This document shows positions 28,581-50,689 of a stretch of DNA of 64,000 bases, piece by piece. The first letter of the stretch is position 1. The number at the start of each line of letters is the position of its first letter. The stretch comes from the human T2T-CHM13v2.0 reference genome, Homo sapiens: NCBI RefSeq assembly GCF_009914755.1, contig NC_060947.1. One strand, written 5' to 3'. The notes under the pieces were generated by a model. It did not search any database. It was not told where the DNA came from and saw only the letters and a program-made list of their open reading frames with translations. The translations under genes were made by a program, and so were the position numbers.

Positions 28581-28789
28581 TTTTTCCCCTAGAGATAGCC
28601 TAGAGGGGCCACCTTTGTGCTTTTCTCAGAGGCTATGTGTCCTCATTGGCTGGGTAACAGCTGGGTGCCCTTGCCTCCCCGGCCAAAGGCAGCCGCCGTC
28701 CACACCCAGCTGCCTGAGGGACAAGGAGGGTGTTTACCCAATGGCCTGTGTCCTTAAAGGACTCTGCTCTCAGTTACACAGCAAACAGC

Positions 28790-29650
28790 TGGCCTCGAAG
28801 GGGCCTCGTCCTGGCCGCCGCGAGCGGGCGGCTTCTGCAGCGTTTAAGCTTCTATCTACCATGAAGATGCTTCCCCCACCCTCATGCCTCCTCCCGGGGG
28901 TGGGCATGAGGGGCACTTACGAGCTGAGACCTCACAGGCGACATTTTTTAAGCTGCTCATTCTGACGGAACAGTCCCCAAGACAAACACAAGGCTTTCTG
29001 TCTCCCAGGGCTTGTGCGACTTGGTTTCAGACTCTGCCACCCACTGCCGCAGACAGCGGCCGTCTTCCCAGGAAGAAGACATTTCCTGGCGGGGTACCGG
29101 GACTGACGGGCGGCGGCGCAGGGCAGTGCCAGCCGGGCCCAGGAAGTGAACGCGCTGGGCCCGCGAAGGAGCGCGTCGCCCGCCCTGAGGGGGGCAGTGC
29201 AGCGCCCACCGCGCGCCTTCGCCAGTCCCCTGGCACCGTTGCCCTGGCCAGGGGCCGGGAGAGGGCGTGGCAGCGCGGCAGTGCGCCTACGCACCGGGGG
29301 CACTGGGGATCCCGCCCCCACGCTGGTTCCCGCGCTTTCAAGAGCCTCAGAGCCCCGAGACAAGGGGGTGTCGGCTCTACCCACCTGGCCCAGCCCGAAA
29401 GAACAGGGCCAACATTTTGAAACCAAACCAATAATAGAATTGGAATACTTTTGATCACTTTTTATTTTCCTTTTCTGGAGGAGAGTTGTGGGGCGGGGGT
29501 GGGGAGCTGGTAGAGAGAATCTCAGGGCGCTGTGGCTTTGAGGGCGGGTTCCCTGCGCAAGCAGCAGTGCTCACAGTGCGAGCAATCATGGCTAGGCCCA
29601 GCCCGCGGTTAGTTGGGTGCAGGGACGTGACAGGACCGCGAGGGCTGATT
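28790..29650. promoter_or_regulatory. Orphan CpG island (promoter/enhancer-like)
   Basis: Dense CpGs in non-repeat DNA; GC boxes (~29310, ~29490), ETS CAGGAAGTG (~29140-29148), adjacent CCAAT and CAGCTG E-boxes at 28640-28791. Confidence 0.85.
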
Positions 29651-29966
29651 CTTTAGTCTATTGTTCCCACTCCTCAGAAAGGACTCCTAGCAAATATATA
29701 CTGCTAGTCCCAGCTTTCCCGATGGAATGGAACCCCTTGCTTTGCTTTGCTGTCGCTATTCAGGATGGGGATTTTGTCCATGCAGAAAGACATTTACATT
29801 ATCTACACTGGAATGCCGGCCCACTAGCCTGGCAAAATGCTGAGCCAGCTATTAGATCTGGACTCGTGGAGGAGTGGAGATTTGCCTCCATTCAAGCAAC
29901 CACATACTTCCCTGGAAGCTGGGAGGAGCACCACTAAGTCCACCCTCTCCTGCCTGGCTCCTTGGT

Positions 29967-30625
<659 letters not shown>

Positions 30626-30784
30626 GTACAAGCAGCTATGAGGAAGGACTTTGGCTGTTGCCAGGCCTATTGATTTCATACTGGGCCCAACTGTAGGGTC
30701 CAGTTTATGACCAAGATTAGGAATTCAGTTTGTGATCAAAGAACATAATTTGTCCATCTGGCTTCAAACACTTCATCTTACCTC

Positions 30785-31390
30785 ACATTCATTCAATCAT
30801 CAAATATTTATTGAGTCACTGTATTGGGCACTGTGCTAGCTACTAAGGATTCAGCAGTGAGTCAGACAGACATGGGAAGGTGGTGACATGTTTAAGCAGG
30901 CAGGTGACATGATCAGATTTGCATTTTAAAATGATCAGTCTGGCTGCAGAGTGAACAGATTGGAGGGGGGCCAAGTGGCTGTGTACAGAAGCCCTTGCAT
31001 TAAACCAGGGGAGAAATGGCAGTGTAGGCCAGGGTGGTGGCAGGGAGGAGCGGAGGAACTCAAGGGCTACTGAAGAGGTGAAATCAACAGGACTTGATAA
31101 TAGATTTGACAGGGGGAAATGTGAGAGAGGGGGACTGTCAAGGATAACTGCTAAGTTTCAGATTTAGGCAACTGAATGAATGGGGGCACCGCAGAGAAAA
31201 AGAGGCCTGGAAGAGGACAGTATTTGGAAGGAAGGTCATATGTTTGGTCCAAGTGGAGCTGTCAAGTATGCAGTTGGATAAGCTGTCTGAAACTTAGAGG
31301 AGAGATCTGAGCTACAGATGTAAATTTGGGAGCCATGAGGATAGGGGGTGTGAATCAATCACCTGGATAAAGATTGTAGAATGGCAAAAA
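30785..31390 (-). mobile_element. L2
   Basis: cattcattcaatcatcaaatatttattgag...gacatgatcagatttgcattttaaaatgatc. Confidence 0.75.
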
Positions 31391-32744
31391 CAAACAAACA
31401 AAAAAACAACTTAGGGTTTGAAGAACTCTATCATTTACTGGCTTGCTCTTCCAAGGTCCCTACTATTGGGCAATGCTAACCTTTCCGCTTCCTAATCACT
31501 GTCATTTTTTAAATCTCATTCATTAAAGACTTTTGGTAAAAGAGTTCATGGTTTTCTCCTCTTCCAGAAACCCTGACATTCTCATGGATGACTTCTACAT
31601 TCATGCAGACATCCCTTCCAATGTCATGTTCTCTCTATTCTTTGACTTGCTCATCTTTACCTCCTGCACTCCTCCTCAAGTTACACTCTGGCACAGTCAC
31701 ACCTTGGGCCTTGACATTGCTTTCAGCTGTGCCACTTTAAAAATCACTCTTTCAAGCCTCCCCGCTCTGCTACCTTCTCATCTTCCAGTTTTCTTGTGTG
31801 ATTATTCCTGTGAGAACTGTTCTTCAACTTTATTGGGATGGCCAGCCCACTGACCCTTCTACTTCTTCCCACTCTACCAGCTAGCTCTCTGCTTTCCTGA
31901 CTTCATTATCTAGCCTAAAGCCTTCCGTTTGTCAATTCAATACCAAAGATTGGCAGAGGCTGCCATGCTCCCAACAGATCCTGGATAAGAGGTGGGGAGG
32001 CTGAGGTCTTCTGCGAGTGTGCAGAGGGTATTAAAGTTGTATGCTGTGGATTAAAATTTAGATGTGGGTGTTCTGGGTGACATAGGAAGAAGAACCTCTA
32101 TTTTGTTTTGAAAGTGGGCGTACCTGCCTTTCATTCTTGCCTGGACAGGCCACAGCCCACCTCAAGCTACTAAAGTGCCTGGGGGCCAGAGGCAACATGT
32201 TCCTTAAAGAAGCAGCTGTGGGTCAGCTCAAGTGTTTGGGCAAGTGTTCAGATAAAGCTCCAGAATACAGGGTCTTGGAGCATAAGAACATGATATTAGC
32301 CTAGACTGTTGGAAGGGTAGGTGTCCCTGGTCATTTACCGTTAGTGACCTTAGATCTGATGTTTGAGTAGCACGGACTTGGGGCTAGGGCTGAAGCTGGG
32401 CCCACATTACAGCCAGAGGAAATAGCAGAGATAAAGCAAAGGAGGTGGGATGTGTACAGCACTCCCAGCCAACAGTGAACAATCTAATTGGCTGGTACAG
32501 GGTGTCTGGGAAGGAGTTTGAGATTCCATTGCCCATCCGCATCCTACACTTGGCCTTTTGCCATTTGAGAAACTAATTAATAGACACATATTGTGATAGA
32601 GAGTGAGATTGTTGGGGATTGGAGGGTCCCCACCCATTCCAGGAATGACTGGAAAGGGTCTGCACTGACCGACTTAGGCTCTTCTTGGAAGATGTCACGT
32701 ATTCTAGGAGAATTGTGACCAATTGCAACCAGACACACTCTTGG

Positions 32745-33410
32745 TCCTCTTGGTCCTTTTTTGTGTCATGGACCCTTTAGCAATCTGTTGAAGCCTTTGG
32801 TCCCCTTTTCAGAATAATATTTTTAGATGCATAAAATACAAAGGATTTAAATGGAAACCAAGTATAGTGAAATATAGCTATCAACTTTTTTTTTTTTTTT
32901 GAGATGGGGTCTCACTCTGTCTCCCAGGCTGGAGTGCTGTGGCACAATCATAGCTCACTGTAACCTCAAACTCCTGGGCTCAAGTGATCCTCTCACCTAG
33001 GCCTCCCAAAGTGCTGGGATTGTAGGCATGAGCCACTGCACCCGGTCTCCAACATATTTTTTAAAATTTGTGATGTCTGTGCTTCATTATTAGCACATTA
33101 TATAACTAAATCTAGCTGTGAGTCTTATAACTATCACAATTTCAAAGCAATGATGAACATATTGCTATTTCAAGAGATGTGCTTCATTCTAATGTGATAT
33201 GAAAATATGTGTAATTTCTGCTGGTGGCCAAGTCACAGGTCCTCTAATACTATGGTGGTTTATCACCTGCATTCATGATTGAAGGAAATGCTAAAATATA
33301 GTTAAAAGATAGCAGAAACAAAGATGTAGTTTTCCCCATCTAAGTTCATGAATCCTCTGAATTCCAGCCACAGACTACTTAGAGGAACAGGGACCCCAAG
33401 TTAAAGATCC
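32745..33410. mobile_element. hAT-Charlie element (Charlie4/MER119-like) with an Alu monomer/FLAM (32886-33046, -)
   Basis: gtgtcatggaccctttagcaatctgttgaagcc...cccttttcagaataat; terminal gggaccccaagttaaaga. Subfamily uncertain. Confidence 0.6.
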
Positions 33411-33447
33411 ACATAGCTTCCTGGTGTTCCTTTGTGGAAATTCCCTT

Positions 33448-33809
33448 TATCTTAGTCCATTGGGGCTGCTATAACAAAGGCCTGCAGACTGGTTGGCTTA
33501 TAAACAGTAGACATTTATTTCTTACAGTTCTGGAGGCTGGGAAGTCGAAGATCAAGGCACTAGCAGATTTGGTGTCCAACAAGGGCCCAGTTCCTTCGTA
33601 GATGGCACCTCCTAGCTGTATCCTCACAAGGTGGAAGGGCCAAGGGTACTCTCTTGGGCCTCTTTTATAAGGTTACTAATACCATTCATGAGGGCTCTGC
33701 CCCCATGACCTAATCACCTTCCGAAGGCCCAGCCTCCTAATATCATCATGTTAGGGGTTAGGATATCAACATATGAATTTGGGAGGACACAAAAACTCAG
33801 ATCATAGCA
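33448..33809 (-). mobile_element. MLT1A0-type solo LTR
   Basis: cttagtccattggggctgctataacaaa...tcagatcatagca. Confidence 0.88.
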
Positions 33810-34069
33810 CCTTTTGTCTCAAGTCTCCTTGCTGGAGGGCTCTTTTCCAGGATCATGGTTGGCGATTTGGTTTTTAGAAACAGGCTGAGGCCTGGCCTTC
33901 CCTCCACTGCACTCTTAGAGCCTGGGTTGTTTGGGTTTCTCTTGTGGCAGGTAGTACTTTCCACCTCAAGTAGGGTTCCTCTTTCAGCTAATGTCAACTG
34001 AACATCTGCTAAGTACAGGGCTCTGTGCTAAGCCCTGGGCATAGGAAGTTACTCCATAAAGAGATAGTT

Positions 34070-37275
<3,206 letters not shown>

Positions 37276-38390
37276 ACAGGGATGTAGGAGGGAGGGGGAT
37301 GCAAACAGGCTTCAGCTGTGCCCTTGACCTCCCTCCAGAGAAGACAGTATTCAGCCCTGCCAGGCAGCAGAGCCCGTTTCATGCAGCTCTTCTCTCCCAG
37401 CACTCTCCTTCCTACTCCTCCCCGGCTGTGGCCTCCCAGTTTTTGCAACTCCCTGAATAGCTTATGAACCTTTGCCAGGGTTGGTGTGGAAAAGGCCAAC
37501 TCCTCCAGTAGAGAGGGCTGCAGAAGCTCAGCCTCCCTTCACACTGGGGGAAGTGTTAGCCACAGGCTACAGGCAAAGGGAATCCAGATCCCCAAGCTGC
37601 CTGAAGTTATCTAGAAGCAGAGAGAAATAACCAACTGAGACAGTCCCAGAGGGCCCCCCAAGCTTCTTTTCCATTTAAATGCTCTCTTTGTTACTAAGAA
37701 GCAAACCTAGCCCATCCCCACTGGCACCAGCCTGCCCATTGTTTCCCTAAGAGACCATCCCAAGCCAAGTGCTGGGGCTACCTCTCCCTTAAAGGAATGG
37801 CAGCCTGGAGGTTGCACTGCAGTAAGAGCATCATATAACCAAAATTCTCCACAACTAATGGTTCTAGAACAGGACCCAGGTCAGGTGTCATGGGCAGACC
37901 CATAAAGGGCCCAATCACTAGAGCATTTGACCTGCCTCTTCCCCCCAGGCTTGGCTACCTGTGGTGATTAATGCTCTGAGGCCTCTGACATCTGAGCAAT
38001 GGACACAAGGCTAGAGCCTAATCCCACCTACATTTGATCAAAATGGTAGGCCTTGTGGGTTTGTTCCGGAGGTGAGAAAGCATTAAATATTCCACTGGAA
38101 AGACACAATGGAGAGATTGCGTAAGTAGACGGTTCTTTGGGCAGAAGAAGATGGATGGATCTGAAGTGGGAAGTGCCAGAAGAACCCTTTCTCTAACCAG
38201 GAGGGGCCTCTGGTATCCTTGCAGCTTTTAGCTCTCAGTGTGATCAGTAGACTGTCTGCTTGACTTACCCAAACTCCCACTTCCCCTCCTGTCAGGTATT
38301 TGCTTGGGGGCTATTCATCTCCTCTGTGTTCACCTTCCATTCAGCTGAAAAAGAGGAAGAGGATTTCCCAGCTCTGTCTTCATCCATGCA

Positions 38391-38914
<524 letters not shown>

Positions 38915-39069
38915 TGAGCATATTCTGTGATGTTGAATGTCTAGTCTATAAATGATTGCCTAGAGAAGACAGGGGGCTTAAGGAACCTTTGAACGCCCCC
39001 ACTGGTTTTGGAGAGGTGGTGAGACTTTTGGACTCAAATAATGGCTACTGTGATGTTAACTGTGTTTAT

Positions 39070-39650
39070 TGATTTACAGAAGCTACGAATGGTGCAGTGT
39101 ACAAATCACCCCGAACCTTGGTGGCTTAAGACATCAGCAATCATGTTATTACCTCTCATGGTTTCTGTGGGTAAGGAACTCAGGAAGGGCTCAGGTGGTA
39201 GTCCTGGCTCCAGGTCCCTCATCAGGTTGTAATCAGGGAGTGACTGGAGCTAAAACAGTATGGGGTGAGGAGAATGGGGCTGGAGCAGCTGGGGACAGGC
39301 CAGACACCTCTCACTTCATGTGGTCTCGGAGATCTTCACATGATCTCTCCATGTGAGTCGGTTTGGGCTTCCTCACAGCATGGTAGCAGTCAAACCAATC
39401 ACAGGGTGGCTCATGGCTTCAAGTGTGATTATTCCAGCAAGCAAAGTGGAAGCTGTATCCTCTTCTACGACCTCGCCTTGGAAGTCATCTAGCTTCACTT
39501 CTGCCATAGTCACAAAGCTGCCCAGCTTCAGGGAGAAGGAACATAGACCCTACATCTCAATGGGGGAGTGTCAAAGTCATACTGTAATACGCTCATGCGG
39601 AACAGACGATACTGTCACAGCAATTGTGGGAAAATACTCCCTACTACACC
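39070..39650 (-). mobile_element. MLT1H-type MaLR LTR
   Basis: caaatcaccccgaaccttggtggcttaagac...gggcttcctcacagcatgg...ctactaca. Confidence 0.72.
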
Positions 39651-40230
39651 AATCCTACTTCCTGCTCTTCCCTCAGCTGAACCTCAGACAAGCCTTTTGC
39701 TTTCTTGCTTGCAGCTGTCAGCTGGTCCCTCACTCTGGGTGCCCTTCTCTCCTCTCCAGTGCCTTCAGGCCCCAATTGGAGTCCCACCTCTTAAAGTTTC
39801 CCTAACGGCTTCCATAAGCACAACAAGCAGCAGTTTTCCCTTATTCATAGCAAGCAGACACTTACATGTTTGATAGGCCAAAGAGTTGCTCCACATTTGG
39901 TCAGGGCCAATCTGACCAGTGGGTAGGTTTCCACATCTGGGCCCTAATACCTGGCCAGGTGGAACATCTAGATTCTGAAACATCCTCCTCATTCTTCCAG
40001 GGTCTCAGAACCTCAGGGTGACATAGCTTCTGGCCATAAATGCTAGGACAGAGCTATGTTCATTGTGCAATGTCTCTTCCAAGGTAGGCACATGGGCAGA
40101 TGAGGCTCTGTGCAGAAGGCCTTGGCAGTCAGATGAGAGGTGGCAGTAAAATGTGTTGGCAAGAGCCTTTGGCTGGGAATCAGGAAGCCAGGGTCCCCGA
40201 ACCAGCTTTCTGGCTAATTTGATGCATTCA

Positions 40231-40663
<433 letters not shown>

Positions 40664-41479
40664 TCAAGAGTAGAACATGCTAATAATTCTTGTACTGTAT
40701 TTGTTTCTTCTCTCAGCCGCCACTTCCTCTCTAGCATGTAGGCTCCAAGGTAGTGGGTGAGTCCGTAGGCGCATGATTATGGAACAGGGATGGGCCAACA
40801 GCCTTTCCCTATACACATACAGTAGGATTCAGGCAGGGGGGTTTGGCAATGTGGCCATTCCCCAGTTGCTGAAGGGCTTACCCTGGGTGGATTTGGTGAG
40901 GCTGAGCAAATGGTTAGGCACAGAGCTAACAATTCCACCCTACTCTGCTCCAACACACACCCCCCGCCCCCATTAGAATGTTCTTTATTAGGCTACTAAT
41001 TGGCTGTGTGGCCTCAGGGGGATTCCTTCCCTTCTCTGGGGCTTAGTTTCCATTGAAGAAAGTGAACATATCACCACCCCTGCTTCTGGAGAGAAGCTTG
41101 ATTATTTCTTGACCCCCATCATTTCTATTGTGCAAGGGTGGCATGTGATCTCTCCAGGGCTGGGAAGCATTAAGTCAGAATAGCTGTCATCAAAACAATA
41201 CATGCTTTCCTCAAAATAAAGGGGGCTCCCGTAGGCACCTTCACCTCTTGGGACTTAAAGGCTGGCTGAGGCAGAGTGTGGGCCCAGAAGTTAGCAAATC
41301 TGGACGTGTGAAGTGACCTTGGCTAAGTCAGAGAATCCCAAACGCGCAGAGCTCAAAGGCACTGCCAAAAACCTCAAGCCCATCAGCTGTCAGCCTCCAG
41401 AATAAATGTGTCCCAGATGACGTTCACATGGCCACGTCAGAGTTTGGGGCAATTCTCCGTCAGCTGAACCTTCATCCCT

Positions 41480-43385
<1,906 letters not shown>

Positions 43386-43619
43386 TCTCAGGCCAGAACT
43401 GCTCTCATTTGTTAAGATGAAGAAATCATTTACAAGCTTGTGTGCTTTGTTGTTTATTTCAAAATTACATGCAACACACTTCACAATGACCAGTGATGCC
43501 TGTGCCCAGTGGGAGGTCCCCGTTAGATGCTCAGCCACCTCCAGCGATGAGGAGCCCATCACTTAATATTGCAGCCCATATCATTGTCAGGAGAATTGTA
43601 ATAGAAAGTTCTTGATTAG

Positions 43620-43998
<379 letters not shown>

Positions 43999-44447
43999 TT
44001 AATTTCCTTATAAGAAAAGATGACCTCTGAGATCCCTTCTCGCTCTAACATTCTAAGTCTCTAAAACTGGGAATTTAAGTTTTGACCTGGTTTTGCCTTC
44101 TGGAGTCACACAGAACTTAACCCTGTGTGTTGCCAACAGTCAGCCAGCCCATCGTACACTAGAAGTCAGCTAGCAGCTCAGCTCCCTAGGGCAAACATCA
44201 TCCCCTGGCCTTTCCCATTGTCCTACCAAGAAATGGAATTGCAGGATCTGGTGATGGTTAGGATCACAGGATCAGGAGTCAAGCAGCCTGGAGTCTGACT
44301 GTGGACTTTGCCACTTCCCACCGTGTGACCTTAGGCAGGTCACTTGTGCAATCTTCAGTGTCCTATCTGTAGAAAGGGAATTAGTAGTACCAGCCTCCTG
44401 GGGAGAGGGCGTGGGCATTAAATGAGGTAATGTGTGTAAATCAGGAT

Positions 44448-45889
<1,442 letters not shown>

Positions 45890-45890
<1 letters not shown>

Positions 45891-46390
45891 ATGGCTGCTG
45901 CTCCCTCCTGACTGGTCTCCCTGCACCCACCCTTGCATCTCCCCAGTCCATCCCCCACAACACAGCCAAAGCAATGTTCCCAGGACCTTAGTCAAACTAA
46001 GTCACATCCCTTAATACAACTCGTCTCCCTGTACCTTAAATGTGCCTCAGGGCCTTTGAACCTGCTGTTCTCTTTGTTTAAAAGATGTCATGGTCGCCTA
46101 AGTAATACCTAATCTACTTTCATAAACTAGCTCAAAGATGAAAATGCTGCTTCCTCAAGGAAGGCTTGAGGAACCCATCTGGGTCAGGTTCTCTAGGTAA
46201 TAGCACCCTGTCCTCCTCTGTAGCACTTGTAGGTTTTTAAATAAATCCATGTGTTGATCTGCTTCAGGGCTTATTGCCTGCCTTTGCTACCAGGCATGTA
46301 AGCTTCCCAAGGGCAGGGACAGTGTTTGTCTTATTCACCTCCCTTAGCCCAGTCGCTGGCACAAAGGAAGCACTTAATAAATGGTAGCTA
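45890..46390 (+). mobile_element. L2
   Basis: ctcctgactggtctccctgc...gcacttaataaatg. Confidence 0.7.
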
Positions 46391-47084
46391 TTATCATTAT
46401 TTTATTTCTGAATCCTCATCATTCTGATCACCTCCCCAAACACTCCCTAGTTTGAAGCGTCCTTTCTGTAAAGTGGTACTCCTACCTTGGCCCGGTGCTC
46501 CAGGGGTGGTATGAACAACAAAATGTAGAAGCTGACAGTGCTGTCCCCACCTACTGGGGACATACCACTTCTATTCATGCTGCTTAAGGCTACCTTCCTT
46601 TATCACCAACTTCATCATACTCTCAGCTGCAACAGAGCTGGAGGTCACTCACACCTACACACCCACCTGCTGCAATCAGGACGTCTGCCAAGCCAGCTTC
46701 CCGCCATCCCGTTTCTGTATGGTTGCTTTTTGTAACCTCAGTTTCAGCTTTACTCTCGTTCCTATGGGGTCCCATCATTTTCTTGGGCCATTGTTGTAAC
46801 CTGTCCCAATCTTTCCATGTCCCTATTCAGCCAGCCATTCTATTAACCAACCCTCCTGGCCTCGTGTCATCTACAAAACTGAGCAGTGCGCGTCCCTGTG
46901 CCTGCTTCCGAATCCTGGCCAACAATATGGCGCAGGACAAAGGCCAGGAGCAAGGCTCTTGAAAGTGCTACTGGAGAGCTCCTGAGGCCCGGTATCCATC
47001 TCAGGGGGCAGCAGAGGGGGGTGTTTAATCAGCAATTCAAACTGTGCCTAGGCCAAGTTCTTACGAGGCTGTGAAATTGGGAAT

Positions 47085-47622
47085 GATATTAGTTTCCTAG
47101 GGTTGCCATAAGAAAATACCACCAACTGGGTGGCTTAAAACAACAGAAATATATTTGCACGTATCCCTGTGTAACAAACCTACACATTCTGCACTTGTAT
47201 CCCGGAACTTAAAGTAAAATAAAGAAAAACAAAATAAAAGAAAGAAAAAAAGAAAAGAAATGTATTTGCTCTGTTATTAGAGGCTACAAGTCCAAAATCA
47301 AGGTATCAGCAGGAAAATGCTCCCTCCAAAGGCTCTCAGAGAGAATCCTTCCTTGCCCCTTCCAGCTCCTGGTGACTCCTGGTGTTCTTTGGCTCGTGCA
47401 GCATCACTCCAATCTCTGTCACGTGGCCTTCCTTTCTGTGCCTGTCTCTCTCCGTCTTCTTATAACGACACGGATCATTGAATTGAGGGCCCACCCTACT
47501 CCAGGGTGACCTTATCTTACTTAACTAATTACATCTGCAAAGATCTTATGTCCCAATAAGATCACAATGTGAATTTTGGGGTGGACATGAATTTGGGGGA
47601 AAACGCTATTCAACCCACTACA
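47085..47622 (-). mobile_element. MLT1B/C-type LTR with a short L1PA 3' tail (~47155-47260, +) inserted
   Basis: tattagtttcctagggttgccata...ttcaacccactaca; insertion flanked by agaaat(a/g)tatttgc. Confidence 0.82.
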
Positions 47623-47679
47623 AATAGCCATTCTTTCTCACAGGAGCTTCATGAGGGACCAGAGGATAAGGTAGCACAG

Positions 47680-48410
47680 GGCAGGGCTTCTCAAACTATA
47701 AGAGCCAAGAAGCACCTGGGGATCGCATTAAAATGCAGATTTGGAGCCAGCCAGCCTGGGGTGGGTCTGCATTTCTCACAAGCTCCCAGGTGACATCCTT
47801 GCTGCTTGTCCTGCTTTGAATAACGAGGATGTAAGTGAAAGAAAGTGCTTTGAAAACAGGTGTCAGGTAGGGGGATTACATTTCTTTTGTAATGAGTTTT
47901 TCTCACACTCTTATTTCCCCACACCTGAATCTTGTGTGAACTGTGGAAGAACAGAAAAAGTGTTTTCATTTCAGTCCCCTCCAAAAGCAGACCTGGAGAC
48001 AAGGACTTGGGTTCAGGTAGTTTATTGGGGAGGCGGAAATAGGGAAAGGGAGAAAAGGGAGAGAAGCCAATGAAGTGCCACATTAAAGAGCAGGTTGCCC
48101 TTAAGGCAACTGGAGCTCCAACCTGCGGGGGACCACTGGGAAACTGTGGGGACACTCCTCAGAACTGTCCTGTCAAAGGGCTGGGGCATTTGCCCACCAA
48201 TTCCCCTCCTCCATCAGTTGAAAGTTACCTGGGAGTGTCAACTCCTCCACACTCTCCCAAGTGCTGCAGAAAACCCTCCCTCCAGCAGAGAAGTTGCAGG
48301 TGTCCGAGGTGGGAAATAGTGGCATGCTGCAAACAGCCCTGTCCCACAGCTAGGTGACCTCAGCTAGGCTGAAGAGATGGGGGAGGGAGGGGGGTCGTCA
48401 TCATCTGCTA
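47680..48410 (-). mobile_element. MER5A fragment (~47680-47830) and LTR33-like ERVL LTR (~47965-48410)
   Basis: aaaatgcagatt...gcatttctcacaagctcccaggtgac; aaaagcagacctggagacaaggacttggg...gtttatt. Confidence 0.62.
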
Positions 48411-49986
48411 CAAAAAGCTTCCAGGATGTGCACGTCATCTGTGTCTCTACTATTCTATTTTGAGTGCATGAGTGGCTCAGGCGAGCTCTTGCTTACAGTT
48501 GTGATTATGACTGTCATCCAGCACCAGTGGACACCTTGCTCATAGGGGTGTCATGGAAGAATCCGTTGATGGCCTGCTGAAACCCACATGTGCCCCCTCT
48601 CCGCTAGGCCTGCCTTCCCGTTGGTAAAATAGTTTATACTATGGGTGCATGTGGAGGAGAACCCACCCCAGAGTAATGTAATCGGTGCTTCAGGGTCACC
48701 TTAGGAAGAAGATACTTCCCTGTCTCACAGTTCCTACCTTCACCTAGTTCAGTTGATCTGCTCTTGACATTCAGTGTTACCTTTCATCCACATAACGATC
48801 CTATGAGGTAGTGGCTATGATTGTCCCCATTATATAGCCAAGGACACTGAAGGCCAGAAAAACCAATGTCACTTATCGAAGGTCACTCTGTAAGTGGCAG
48901 AAGTGGGATTCAATCACAGTCTTTCTGATTCACTAGACTCTGTGGATTCCATAGGAAAAACTAGGTGGTAGGTCTCATGAGATTTAAATCACAAATCTAA
49001 CTACACTTCTAGGGTGACCTGCTAGATGAGAACAGCAAGAACTGCTTTTATTTGTATGCAGCTTCTTGTCCTATTAGAACACAGTGTGTCCATTAGAAGC
49101 TGATTCTTTACATTAAAAAAGAATTTACAACAAGTAAAATGTGTGTATGAGTCAGTGTGTATTTACTTTTTATGAGTCAGTGTGTATTTACTCTGTGTTG
49201 GTATTTACTGGGAGGGATGGATTCATTGGGATGAATGGATTTTTCTTAGATAATTGGTAAATGAATAGATGCCAACTCTAATAAGCAAAAGATGCCATGG
49301 AGAAATGAAATAAATTAATTCAATGATTCAATATCATTAGTTTTCAAAACGTCACCAGAGGATTTCCTCAACTAGGGACTTTTCCCAGCACATCAAAGGT
49401 AAGATTCCACTCCCACAAGCATGTCAGGAACACACTTATCCACAAAATACGAAAAATCCATCTTCTTCTATATTTGGGGCCATTTTCTCTCCCTTACTAA
49501 GCAGTGAACTTCCCGAGGGAAGGAAGGGTGTAGGTTCTTTAGACTTCCCTACACATTGTGTGGGCAGGGCCACAAGGTGTGTACGCAAAGAAATTTCAAC
49601 CCCTAAATTCAGGATGCCAGCACTTGAATCCACAAGGCTCTTGGAGGGGGAGGGAAAGAGAGTTTTTCTACATTTCTTTAATTCTTGATGCTTTGGGGGA
49701 GGACACATTTATTGCTCACCACGGAGAACCGAGAAAAGAAGAGCCCCCAGTCTCCGCCTTGAAGGAGCTGACAGTCCATTGGAGAAACAAGTGGAACACG
49801 CTGGAAACAACCCATGCATGATACAGGAGAGCTGGGGAAGAAGCGGCTCTGACTGTAAGTGCTGAAGGGGCCAAGGGGCTTGGGAAAGGGAGAGATCAGT
49901 GTGGCCTGAGAGGAGAGGAGGTGGAATGAAAAGAGCACTGGGCTGGGAGTCAGGAGACCTGGCCTCTAGACCAGTTCCTTGCCTAA

Positions 49987-50345
<359 letters not shown>

Positions 50346-50689
50346 ATGTTCACTTCTCTCTTACAGATCACCCTCAACTATCTTGCAGTTTAGTAAGATG
50401 GTCAGAACTCCTCCAGATGCATGGCGATCCCCCAGGAGCAAGAAGGTCCATTTATTCGCCCAACATCTTCTGAGCACCATATGTGCCAGCCACCATGCCA
50501 GGCACTGAGAAGCAAAAGTCAAACAGATAAGCTGAAATAGTTGCAACTCCCCACCCAGCTACTGTCACTTTTGCATCTTTGCTTGTGTTGTTTCATTCCC
50601 CTGCACCACTCTCCTCATTTTGTCCTTCTAGGAAAACTATTGACCCTTCAAACCCCTGGCCAGGAATCACCTTGTTTGTGAAGACTTCT

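Noticed and set aside
28884-29458. 100-180 aa ORFs on both strands of the orphan CpG island
   Set aside because: Low-complexity Gly/Ala/Pro/Arg translations expected from GC content
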